DNA from: Moniliella sp. 'wahieum'
Taxonomy: Eukaryota
DNA: 64,000 nt
Direction: 5' to 3'
Assembly (NCBI GenBank): GCA_003971905.1
Contig: RSEE01000023.1
Location: 248,001 to 312,000, forward strand
Below the pieces are notes generated by a model, which saw nothing but the letters and a program-made list of their open reading frames with translations, ran no database searches and was not told where the DNA came from. Position numbers and translations under genes: made by a program. Shown one piece after another: positions 46,101 through 57,774 of the stretch (positions within the stretch are counted from its first letter, which is position 1; each line of letters starts with the position of its first letter).

Positions 46101-49100
46101 CGGAGACCGACATTTCGCATGGCGCGCGCAGCTCGCGCGGCTCATGGTGGACATTCACGATGCGCACGGAACGCCGCTGCCGGCAGCGTGGCGGTCGTTT
46201 TATCTCCATGCCGAAAAAGTTTCGTCGCCTTTGCTGGCCGGGTGGCAGCAGCGCACGCTCCGTCAAGCCTTGGCCGAGGTCTCTGAGGTGGGCGGCCTGG
46301 GACCGACGCAAGGTGCTGGGCGCCTGGACCGAGGCGTACCGTCGTTGGGGTACCCTAACCCAAATTGTTGCCCGGCCCATGGCAGCCGACATGAGCGACA
46401 CGGCGCAGGACAAGGCTGCGTACTGGCACAACCTCACTGCTTTCTTGGCCAGCTTGGGCGGCGCCGTGTCGTTGCCGCACCCGGAAGAGAAGGCGCTCGC
46501 GCTTGTCTCGCCTAAATTGCCCGGCGTCGGAGACGAGGCTGACGGCCACGCTCGTCGACACGTATGTGCAGGAAATGGTCGACTTGCTTGTCAGCGACTC
46601 GCTCTGGGTGCGCGACAAGGTCAAGTCGACACTAGGCCAGACTTGGGCGTAAAGCTAGCGGCGCTGCTGCTTAAGCAGGTGCATATTGTGCTCTCCGAGT
46701 TCTTTGATAAGCACAGGGTCTTCCACGTCGTCGGACATGTTTACGGTGTTCATTGAACAGTCCATTGCCGTGGTGGAGGCCATGTTGGGCGGATGCCACT
46801 GCGGGTCGCGCCGCAGGAAGAAGGCGAGGAAGCTGAAGAAGGCGAAGGTCCGCTGCGGGTCGACATTGGGTCGCTGATGGTATTGTATGTCGAGTACGCC
46901 AATGCGTTGGGCAAAAAGGAGCAGCCGCTGCGGATCAAGTTGGCAGTGGCGCAGTTGTGCGCTACGCTGCTGAAGCACAAGGCATCGTTTGCCTTTAGCA
47001 ACGAGCTGCCGGTGCGCAACCGCTTGTTCCAGGCACTGGTCACCTGGACGTCCGAGTCGGTACGTTTTCCCTCCCCCGGAATCGATGTGTGCGTGACGTG
47101 TTGGACAACATGGAGCAAAGATGGACGAGGGTGGCACGGGTAAGCTGCCCAGCCGGAGCATTCAGCGCGAGCTCGATGTGGCCTGCTTGCGGACCGTGTC
47201 AATGCTGCTAGAGAACCTGCCTTTGATTCTGGCCGACGACGCACTGGTGCTGGACGACAAAGTCGAGTGGGCCAAGTCGCGCCATTCAGCATGTACTTCA
47301 ACTACTTCCTCAAGGTGTTCAATCGTGCCAAGGACGCCGAGGCGAGCGCGGCTGCGCGCGCGATCGCCGCCAGTGGCGTGTCGGGCCCCGTTGCCGAGCG
47401 CGGCGGGCGCAAGGCGCGGTGTTGGTCAACGAGAGCGAGGTACTGCAAGAGTCGGCGATCCAGGCCCTGAGTAACTTGTTGGCGGCCAACATCGATTCGG
47501 GCTTGCAACACTCTCTCCCGCTGCCTACAAGGACGATCTGCGGATCCGGACTGTCTTTATGCAGATCATGACCAATGTCTTGCGCCAGGGAGCCCAGTTT
47601 GACGACTGGACCGCCTCAACTCGACGCGGCAACAGCAAAACCAACTCGCCGAGCTGATCGCTGACCCGGGCATGCAGCTCGCCCTCTCCATCTGCCAGAT
47701 TGCCGCGGATTTGAGGCGGAGAGCTTGGACTGTGTCCTGCTCTCTCTTTTCGATTCACGTGGGGAGGTGCTTCGCTTCCTGGGATTGGCATTGCGGGAAG
47801 AGATTGAGCGAACGCCGTCTGAGGAGATGGTGTTCCGGACCAACTCCTTCCGCACACGCTTGCTTAGCGTGTATGCGCGCATGCACGGTTACGAGTACCT
47901 CCGCGCCACCGTTGGTCCTCTGATCATCGACTTTGCGCGCGGGCTCAGGGCGTGTCGTTTGAGATTGACCCTGCCAAGATCGACGCATCCGAGGTCGGCG
48001 GGCAAGCGGCGGCCGAGGCCATCTTGGCCGCGAACCAGGCGCGCTTGGAGGAGATGACGCAGGCGTTCATTGACGCCATCTGCTCGTCGGCGGCCAAGTT
48101 GCCGCCGGTGCTGGGCGAGTTGTGCCGGCAGATTCGTGGTCTGATGGACAACAAGTTCCCCGAGGCGCGGTACCAAGGTGTGGGAGGCTTCATGTTCCTC
48201 CGTTCATTTCGCCTGCCATTGTGGCTCCGCAGCTTATCGACCTTAACTTGGCACCGGGAGCGCGGGAGATGGCGCGGGCTGCTGCTCGTGTCAAAGATCT
48301 TGCAGACGCTGGCGTCCAACACGGTGCTCGCAACCCACAAGGAGGGCTTCATGACTCGCATGAACGATTTCCTCAAACGCAATGTGTGGAAGGTGACACG
48401 TTTCCTGGACCAGGTGAGCGACGTGAAACCACTGGAACAGACGTTGGCGACGGTGCCCGACGGTGCCGCCTCCAGTGGCGCTGCCACGGCCGCCGGCGCA
48501 ACGGCCGCAGCCGGGCGCAGAACTCCATCTTTGCGGTGGGCTACCAGGTTACCGAGTCGGATGAGCATACGTTGCACAAGTTCCTGTTTGACAATGTGGA
48601 CAAGCTAGGCAAGGACTTGCTGGCACGCTCGGCTGCTGCGCGCGCCGAGGGGAACACTGCCGTCGCCGACGACGCAAAGCGAGCGTACGATGGCATGTGT
48701 GTGGTGCTCGCCGAGATGGGCGACTACGAGTTGGACATCAATGCGCTTGGCCTCGGACGGGCCCGGCGGCAGGCCGGACGGAGCGGCGTACCGTGAGTTT
48801 ATGCGGCGCAATGCCGGGCGTCACGTCGACACGTCGCATTCACCAACATCCTGCGTGTTGGCCCACCGGAGCGAGTGGGCGGCCGGTGCTGTATTACTCT
48901 GTGGCGGCGGTGCGTGCAGCGACGGTGGACTTTGAGGCTCTGATCGTGTATGCGATGCAGTTGCTCCAGCACTTCCTCCACCGCGAGTTTGACCTGTTGG
49001 TCGACATGACGTGCATGACAGCCGAGAACTGGATCCCGCACCAATGGATGCTCTTTTGGAGCACGCTCATGCCCTCTGACATTCGCGAGAATCTGCGCAC

Positions 49101-52100
49101 CGTGATTGTGCTCAACGCCAACATTGCTGCCCGCGAGTGCATCTACCCCTACTTCCAGCATGATCCCGAGAAGGCTGGCCCGGCCCCTCCCGACAGCATC
49201 TTTCCTTCCTCAGTGGCAAGAGCGTCAACTTTGTCCACACCCTCGACGAGCTCCAGCGGTTCATCCCCCGTCGTGACATTGCTCTCGCTCCGGCCACGAG
49301 CGCCATCCTCCACTCCCCTGTCGAGACGTCCATTGCAACTGCCACCCTGATTGCGCACTACCGTGCCCTCGTGCCCGTGGCATTCAAGACGAGTGGCGAG
49401 TATCTGCAGATCACTTCCCTCAAACCGCAGGAGATGTGGGTTGGTATGGCGGCCGCGACGAATGAGGTGATCCACTTTGCCGACATTGACGACATTTGCC
49501 CTGCTTCGGCCCGTGGGGAGGAGACTACTTTCCTGATCAGCAGGCAGGCCAGACCGTCTTCCTCTTCCACTCCCAGGACCGCACGGAGATTGTGCAGGCG
49601 CTTCGTCAGGCCAAGGCCCGCATTACCCGCGTCGCCCCAGCCCCGGCGCTGCCACGGCTGAGCGGACGCTGATGCCTAGCGACGTGCCGGGCACACTGCT
49701 CAATATGGCCCTGCTCAACCTCGGCAGCGGAGACTATGCGCTGCGGGTGAGCGCGTACAACCTCCTCTTCGCCTTGTCTACCTCGTTCGGCTTCACTGCT
49801 TCCCGCACGCCGCCGGCTGCTCTCAGTCCGTGGTCTGGGGCTGCCTGCCACCACTGCCAGCTTTGCTGCCGAACTCAGCCGCGACTTTGCCACCTCGGCA
49901 CCCACCGTCACGCTCGAGTTCCTCGTGTCCTTCTTTCGAGGGCTTTGATGTCTCGACCGCAGACCAGAAGGCCGCGGCACTGCAGTACATGGTGCCCTGG
50001 CTGACCAACCTCGCTCTCTTCACTCACTCGAGTCGCGCCCAGCAAGCTGAATACACAAGCGCATCAAGGTGATCCTCTCCCACCTGGTCAAGATCACGGT
50101 TCAGAGCCCGATGTGTACTCGCTGATGCAGCGTTTGGTCTGGGCACATGTCACCAAGTTGGATCCCCTCCTGCCCATTCTACTGGACGTGTTTGTCGAGG
50201 CGGCGATTGATGCTGGCATCGAGACTGCCGCGTTTGAGGCGGTGGCTGAGACGCTGGCCTCCTTTGCATCCTTCAACATGCGTGGCAAGCTGCTTGCCCG
50301 TCTACGGCGGACAATCGCCAAGACAAGTAAGGCGCTGGTGCCAACCCCTATGCCGATGCCCAGGTGTGGCTGGAGCTCGCCACGCTGGTCCGCTTCAATG
50401 TGGTGCTCTCTTTCACCTCGGGCTGCTGACTGATGCTATTCTTGCCGAATCGATCCACGTCCTTCTTCTCCTGGCCGGGACCGGACCAGATGTGATGCGC
50501 CGTGGGACACGCACTGCATTGGTCAATCTGGCTCATCCTCGCTGTGTACTGACGACTCGCGGCATGCACGTGGGGGCGAGAGCGGGCTGGGTGCTGGGCC
50601 GACGGACCCGGTAGGCGGTGCACCGGTCCCGCTGACGGCTAGCAAACTGCGCAGTGCTCTGCTCTTCTTTGCCAGCAACGACACGTCCCCCTCTTTGGCC
50701 TGCCCAAGGATAAGGAAGGCGACGATTGCCCCGACCCCTTTACCGGGACCATGGTGGTGGATACCTCGGAGCCAACGATTGAGCAGATTGAGCAGCTTTC
50801 GTCTCGCGTCTTGCCCTTGTTGGACCTTGCTGCGCCCAGCACCGACACGGCCAACGCGTGGCGCGCTCGCCTGGTGAGCCTCGTGACAGTACCGCGTTCC
50901 AGTACAACCCGCACGTTCAGTCTCGCGCCTTTGTCTTGCTCGGTGCCCTGGCCCAGGGCGAGATCGACGACGATCTCATGTACCAGATCTTGGTTTCGCT
51001 CCGTGGCGCCATGCTCGAGTGGGGTGCCAATGCCAACCCTGGACCTCTGGCTTCGATTGTGACCTGTCTGGCTAAGGTTGTCCGCGCCCTCCCGCCCCAG
51101 AGCAAGTACCTGCCTCAGATGGCCTGGGTGGCTATTGCGATGCTCGAGACGAGTGTACCTGAGATCTTCAGCGCGGCTGCGCAGCTGCTCAATGCAGCGC
51201 TGTCCACCCTGGCGGCCGTGCAATTGCCCCTCGCGGCTGGCCTGGACCCGCTCACGTTCCTCCTCGAGGCCCGCAACGAGTTCCGCGATGCCTCGTGCCG
51301 TCTCGACGATGAAGCCGGGGTGGACTTTGAGATTGACTTTGGCTTTGCGCTGGCGGCACTGCTCGTGCGTGGTCTGCGGGACAGCACAACACGGGCAACG
51401 ACGGTGGAGGGTACTTCTGTGCCTACTCCGCGTCTCCTCGACTAATGAGAAGGAGAACGGTGAGGCCGGGCGAGGCAGCAAAGTGTCACCGGCCGCGGTG
51501 GGCTTGTTCGTCGCTTTGCTGCCCTCAGCTACCAGTGAGAGTGGACTGGCATCACTCCTGTCCTCGACTGGGATTGCCAGTAATGTGGTGGAGGCAGCGG
51601 TCAAGGCGCGCAGGGAAGGGGAATGGTCTCTCGCCTCTTTGCTCTTGCCAGTCGACACAAGCAAGCGCTCCTGGTCACTGCACTGCTGGCAGCATTGCTT
51701 GACCACGCTCAGGACGAGGATGAAAAGGTGCTGCTTTACACGCTGCTGCGCGACATGGCGGTGGCCAAGCCCGCCATCTTGTCTATCATGTACGTTTGTC
51801 TTCCCGTCTGCGTTACATTTTTTTTGCTCAGCTTTTACTGACTGTCCGGACTGAACAGGTACGAGTGGGTTGCTGCTGGAATGCAGAGACCGAAATTGAG
51901 TCGTCGACGAACGAACTGATTTTGGACGCAGTACAGGCCATTACGTCGGTGGCGGTGTGCGAGCCGGTGGTGGCCGCCCAGGCGGCGGAGACGGCACGGC
52001 GCGGTGGTCTCGGTGCTTACCTCGATGAAGCTGGGTTTGCCTCCTTCCTTGAGTGCGGTGCGTTCAGCGCGGCGCCAGAGTTGGACGAGACTCAGCGTGT

Positions 52101-52163
52101 GCTGGTCGGCGGTTGGCTGCCGCCTTGCTAGCGGGCGCCATCGATGCGGGGGCACATGATTAA
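43129..52163 (+). CDS. NF1: Neurofibromin/Ira1-2-like RasGAP (~9 kb; RasGAP + Sec14-like + PH-like + C-terminal helical region); many frameshifts; probable introns ~43487..43546 and ~51790..51858
   Basis: RasGAP: VFRTNSFRTRLL (arginine-finger region), GYEYLRATVGPLI, SFEIDP, VGGFMFLR-FISPAIVAP and LLLVSKILQTLASN. Sec14-like FDLLVDMT. Also TNEVIHFADIDDI, DVPGTLLNMALLNLGS and AFQYNPHVQSRAFVLLG. Confidence 0.9.
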
Positions 52164-53365
52164 GTCATTTTTTGCATGGCAACGCTCCCTCTCTCAAACC
52201 TCTCACCAAGTGACTCCTTACCTGGGCTCGATCCATCATTATCCACATGATATCCCCCTCTCTACAGCTGGGCTGGGCCTGCTTTGCCACTGCTCCGAGT
52301 GCTGCAGCTGGTTGGCCCGCCTCTGTGCCTTTGTTCCCTAGTTCGCCCGCGTATGTTTTTACTACGATGGCTCCCTGGTTTCGCGACATGTTTCCTCTTC
52401 TTTGCTCTATCTTTCCTGATTTTTTGGCTCTCTTGAATGGATTGGATGTTCCGTGAGCTTGGAATAGTTGAACAGATCGCACGTTCAACGTTCAGTACGT
52501 TCAGCCAACGGATGTAATAACAGCGTATAACCGATAGCCGCTTAACTGGCACCATGTGGGCATGTTGTGACGTGGAGATGTAGCTTCGGAACAAGACAGA
52601 GTTGTGTGCTGCATCGGCACTAGGCCACTGCTTTATTCGGCGCCTGCGCCTTCCCTTTCGCAGCGTTCTGGTCTTCACTTATCCAATCTTCTCGTCATGA
52701 CCGGCCCCGCTTCCACTCGATACTTTGTCGGGGTTACCGACCAGATCCCTAGCTCTTTCAGTGGGTTGGGGGTCGGACTCTGATTGCGAACAGGTGGTAG
52801 TCACAGCGCAACAAGGGAATACGTTGAATTTCCAACCTGCAGCTCTTGAGCTACAGTAATATCGCCAGGGCTAGTACTACGTGCAGCAATTGAACAACTG
52901 CCGATGAGTTCAAGAGCCCATGAGGGTGCCCCATGAAGCTGGCAGGATATTGCTTGGGTTGCTGAGTCTTCCCCCCCTTCAGGTATCATCGTCCAACACG
53001 CACGTGCAGAAGCCAAGAAAACCACATCGTCTCTCGATCTCATTTGGCTACACGTTACAGCGAAAGTCATTTTGTCTGGAACCAGAAAAGCCAGACTTTC
53101 TTAGGATAGAAGCGCATACTACCTTAATTACACACAGTCTCTCCTTCAATTTGTCCCTGCTTGGTTGGCGCTTGCCGAAGGATCACAAATAGCCTTGCAT
53201 TGTCCTAGCAAAGTACGAACAGGTTAGGTTACCTGGCTGGGGCTGGAGTCGCGTAGTACAATCTTGTGTGAAACGGACTAAGTGCGAAAAGCTGCATCGT
53301 GCAACACCAGGGAGGGGGAGAGGGGTATAGTCGTCACAATGGGGCACGCCCACCTGGTCATTCGA

Positions 53366-54232
53366 TCATGACTGAGTCTGGATCGCATTCACCAGCCTGC
53401 AGGAAACTCCAGTCAGTATGTTGCGCGATGAAACGAAGGGGTGGCGCAGAGTGGGAAGTGCGCACGTACCAGTCCATGCCTTCTTCGATGCCGGTACCCT
53501 CGGTCGCGACAGTAGGAACGATGGTCCAACTGCGGTCGCGGAGGGTGTGGAGCGCCAGAGCTTCGGAGACCTCAGCAGGAGAGGCAGCTCCGGCCAGATC
53601 TTGTTTGTTGGCGAGGACTAAGAGCTTTGCGTTGCGCAGTCGTCCGCGTCCAGGAGTGAGTGGAGTTCCCGCTTGGTGAGGCCTAGACGTGCCTTATCCG
53701 CCGAGTCTACCACATAAACAATCGCTTTGGTCTCGTCACTGAAGCAGTGCCAGTAGCTCCTACACAAACGTCAGACATTACCAATGCGGAGAGGGAGCGG
53801 GAAGGCGGAGAGAGTCGTACCTGGTGGACGCTTGGCCTCCAAGATCCCAGATTAAGAGATGGAGCGATTTGTATTGTACCTCCTCGACGTTAAAGCTCAC
53901 CGCTGGAAAGAGTATGGAAGTTAGCACACAAGACAGGAGGCGTTGCAGGAATGATACCAGCATACTTGGTACGACATGGACATAGGAGTTGAGCTTGAGC
54001 CTGTAAAGGATAGTCGTCTTCCCGCACTGTAGAGAAGGGAGAATAGAAGAGGAAAAGGGTGAGCAAGGGTCAGAACATACTGAGCACTCAGCTGAGCACC
54101 GGGCAGTGGGCCTTGCATAGCGCGGGAGACGCACCTATCCAAACCCAGCATCATGATCTTGAGCTCTTCCTGGCGCACCCAGAACATGAGGCTCGTCATC
54201 CAGCTCGACAGCGAGGAGAAGGTGACACCCAT
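53366..54232 (-). CDS. ARL1: Arf-like GTPase, closest to Arl1 but divergent; four introns
   Basis: Spliced: MGVTFSSL (myristoylation Gly2), MLGLDSAGKTTILYRLKL, PTVSFNVEEVQYK, IWDLGGQASTRSYWHCF, VYVVDSAD, LVLANKQDL and EGTGIEEGMDWLVNAIQTQS*. Confidence 0.8.
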
Positions 54233-54707
54233 CGTGCGACGACTCGAGGAGAGCAGCGGGAGGAGGGCGATGGATGACGAGCAAGAGAGACAGCGAGTGC
54301 GTTGCCACTGGGCGCCGACTCGGTCGTTCGACGTGCAACGCGAAATCGCGAAGCGCAAAGCGCGAAGCTGTCCCAAGGCCTAACTGTCAGCAATCGGGCA
54401 GCGCGTCAGCGGTCCACTCATTCCTCAGTCTTCACGCTTCACTGGCCACGTACCACCGGCGTAGTCACCGTCGCCGCGTCACCGGCGTCACCCGACACTA
54501 CACAAAAAACGAGTCACTACTATAGTCACTGCCACAGTCACCTGGTTGCCCAGGATCTGCATTGGATGGCGTCGATGACGTGGAGACCGCAGCCGGCGGA
54601 GCGAAACCACCTCGTCCTCAGCGTTTGCCGCCTGACGTGTGTTCACATCTGTACCCACCCAACCCACGGCAGTCTATGCCCGACTATACAGCGAACACAG
54701 TACATAT

Positions 54708-54928
54708 AAGGGTTCTGCCAACTCGGGGAGCGATGGGTACAAAGCATCATACCGATGAGAATCCCATGCGACCACATGGCGGGCCGTGGATGATAGTATC
54801 CGCCGCATGGAGACAGTGTCCGCTGGCTCGTCTCTCTCGCTAGTCTAACTGGACTGATGCGTGCTTGGATGAGCTGTCTACGACATGCGGGGCTCAGCGT
54901 CAGGAGATAACCGGAGCGCCCCGTAACA
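54708..54928 (-). mobile_element. 5' fragment (~220 bp) of LTR family B
   Basis: The reverse complement starts TGTTACGGGGCGCTCCGGTTATCTCC and follows 24283..24489 closely (GCTGAGCCCCGCATGTCGTAGACA, GTTAGACTAGCGAGAGAGA, GATGCTTTGTACC, CAGAACC). Similarity then ends. Confidence 0.85.
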
Positions 54929-54929
54929 C

Positions 54930-56365
54930 GACGATATCGCGTATGGAGTACGACCGTCATGGTGTCCAGACGTCCAGCGCAGAGATGGGGGCGGCGGTAG
55001 ACATGATGGCAAGAAGTCCAGAACATGACAGAATGGGGAGAGGGGTAGTCCAGAACAGGGACGGTGTTGTGGGTGAGATTGGCAGTTCCCACGTATCCCA
55101 CTCTTTCGCGCAGGGGGTGTCCCGATGGTGGAAACGCTACTAGCAGTGCACACTGGTGCCGTTCATCTCAGAGGTCCTAGGGATGAGGAGTGAAGAAGCC
55201 GAGGGCACGCGCAGAGTGGTCGCCAAGGTGGACTGATGTGTGATGATGGGGAGAGGAGGGGAGGGTGATCTGTCCGGGACCGGATCTAAGTGCGTAGCAG
55301 GACGTGTCTGGACACCCGGGACAAACGAAGCTGCTTTGAGCACTCGACGGCCCAACTGCGAGTCGGATGCGAGCCGACGCAAGGTCTTTTTGGGAGGCGT
55401 GTGAGGGGGCGCATTCAGGGCTGCTGTAGTGGTCGTGAGAGGGTGAGAGGTGGAGAAGCTGTGGGACAGCTTATGAGGTGATTCGGGCGAACTGGGCTCC
55501 CACCACCGCGTCCGTCTTTCTCGAGTGACAGGACGAGGTGCAGGTTTTTGTTCGGAAGTGGAAGAAGGAATCTCGGTAAGGGCAGTCGTAGTTTTGTTGA
55601 GGGTCGATACTTTTGCGGCAGGCGAGAGGTTGTGTCGCGCGCCTTCATTCGATAGAACACATTGTGACGTCGAGTGTTGAAGATGTGAAGGGATGGATGA
55701 AGATTTCGTTTTTCGTGGTTCGACGGGAGAGATGTCCCAGAGAACGTAGTGGTTGTTCTGGGCGGGCATAGATGGGTTACCTAGTGCACTAGTGTGTGGC
55801 GGGGGCGGACAATGGAGTTTGATACTTTGCTCTGTTCGTGTGGAACCGCCGAAGGTGAGGGCAATGAGAGCCCCAATCCGTCTGTCGCCACTTTGTAGGA
55901 GTGTGTCTTTTCGGGGCCAGACACGCAACATTTTCAGAGTTCGCTGAAAGGCGTAAGGAAGTTATGAGCACCATCACTTTGGAGGCCAACTGAGGATCGA
56001 CGATTCCCATGGCCCGCAGGTAAGAGGGTCGGAGATCCAAGAGGGCACGGCCGTCGATTTCCTCCGCAACAAAGGTGGGAGCAAGAATGGATAGGCCCTT
56101 GTACCGCAGCCAATCAGCAACATTGGAGGTCGACAGGAGTATACTGCACCTGTTTATATGGTTAATATCATGTGAGGTCACAAAGAAGAAAGAGTGTGTA
56201 GGTTTGAGGACGGGAGGAGGGGGTCAATGACTTTACTAACGTACTGTTCATCATGTCACCCCGGGAGCTCAGGGGCCCGGCATCATCATCAACAGTGCCT
56301 TCGCAAGATGAGATGAATAGCTCTTTCTCGGCGAACATATCTGTTGAGTGCTGGGCAGAGGACAT
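54930..56365 (-). CDS. SAM-domain protein with a Ser/Pro-rich tail; probable intron ~56150..56244; 3' end abuts an LTR fragment
   Basis: STSNVADWLRYKGLSILAPTFVAEEIDGRALLDLRPSYLRAMGI fits the SAM pattern V..WL...GL......F....IDG..LL.L....L..MGI. Downstream ORFs 55140..55931 and 54878..55153. Confidence 0.65.
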
Positions 56366-57774
56366 GGACCGTGGTGGCCGAGGGTTGGGGGCGGGATCAA
56401 AGATTTGCCCTTCGTACACTTTTGATTTGGTAAATATAATGCTCCGTTGTTTTGTGTAGGGCGCACAACAGTTGTCCGTCCCAAAGACATAAATAAGAGG
56501 GTAGATGCGTCAGTACAGCTTATCGGCAAGGTAGACGATACCACACCCTTCTTCTCAGGATTGTTCTTCCCGAAGGAAGAGCTGTGGAAGCAGGAGAGGA
56601 GATGGGAGAAAAGAAAGAGATGAGGAGGTAGACGAGAAACACAATGCAGCAAGCGAAGGGCAAACGAAATCCGCATCTTTCCAAAATACGTAGCGAATTC
56701 AAAGTGGAACGGCTAGCAGAGTCGCCAACTATACCATCGCGCTCTCAACCAATCTCAGACTGAGATCTCATTCCGAGCAATGGCGTGCCTGCTCGCCTAC
56801 CTGCTCGCCTACCTGCTCGCCTGCCCCTCAGTTCCCATACGAAGGATGAGAGTGGCCCTTCGACACGTCTTCTGGCATGAGAAAGGCCATCATGATGCAT
56901 GACCTGACACGTTAGGACAAACGGCACTATGTGCATAACCCTAAGACCAGCCATAACATTAATGGGAGGACATGCCTGAACGTTGGCCTATAACTCCGCA
57001 GGCTATTGCCACTGAACAGCGCGTATAGCTAGCCCCCATTGTAATGGCATTTTCCTCGACCATCGATCATCGATCATCGTTTATTGACGCAACTATATGA
57101 TTAAGGTCCAAAGTACTTCGGCTACTACACCATCTGCTATGCAACTGCATCGTACTCGTGCACTGATTAGACAGGAGCCCACGTCGTCGACTTGTCCCGA
57201 ATCGGCATTTCGATTATCGAGTACAGAGTGAGGTTTTCAACTACCCTACTGTGAATCTGCCGTACTGCTGCGTCGTGGAACAGAACACTCGCTCCGACGG
57301 GGGAGTAACTCAGTCTCTACAGGCGAGAGGTCGCCAATCGACCAACAGCCACAGTGAGCGGAAACAAGAGGATACAAGTGCAGCGAAGAGCGGAGCGGTG
57401 GTAGAGAGCAGGTAGGACACCAAAACTGCACCGGAGCAAGCAAGGATGGGCAAGGACGAGGTGCGACCGAGCAACACTGCGTGTGATTGGTTCCCGATTT
57501 GTGTGGCCCACAGGGTACACCCGAACGCCCTTCATCTCAATGTAACAGTGGTGTGAACAACATCAAATAGCAGTACGAGCGGCATGTGGATACCGTGCCA
57601 CCAGGAAATAGTCGACTATATCGTTGAGGAGCAACATGTTGGTCACCCTCTGTTGACATGCTTCGGAAGGACCAATATCAAAAAGACGACAGAAGCATCA
57701 TAATCGTGGGGTGGGAGGAGGGGAGGGGGGGTAGAAGGGATGACGAGCTCAGGAGTGTAAAGGTGGCGAGAGAA

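Noticed and set aside
56787..56824. 12-bp x3 tandem repeat CCTGCTCGCCTA; similar short repeats at 16238-16270, 25878-25906 and 29082-29109
   Set aside because: These are ordinary slippage minisatellites without the palindromic TNA geometry.
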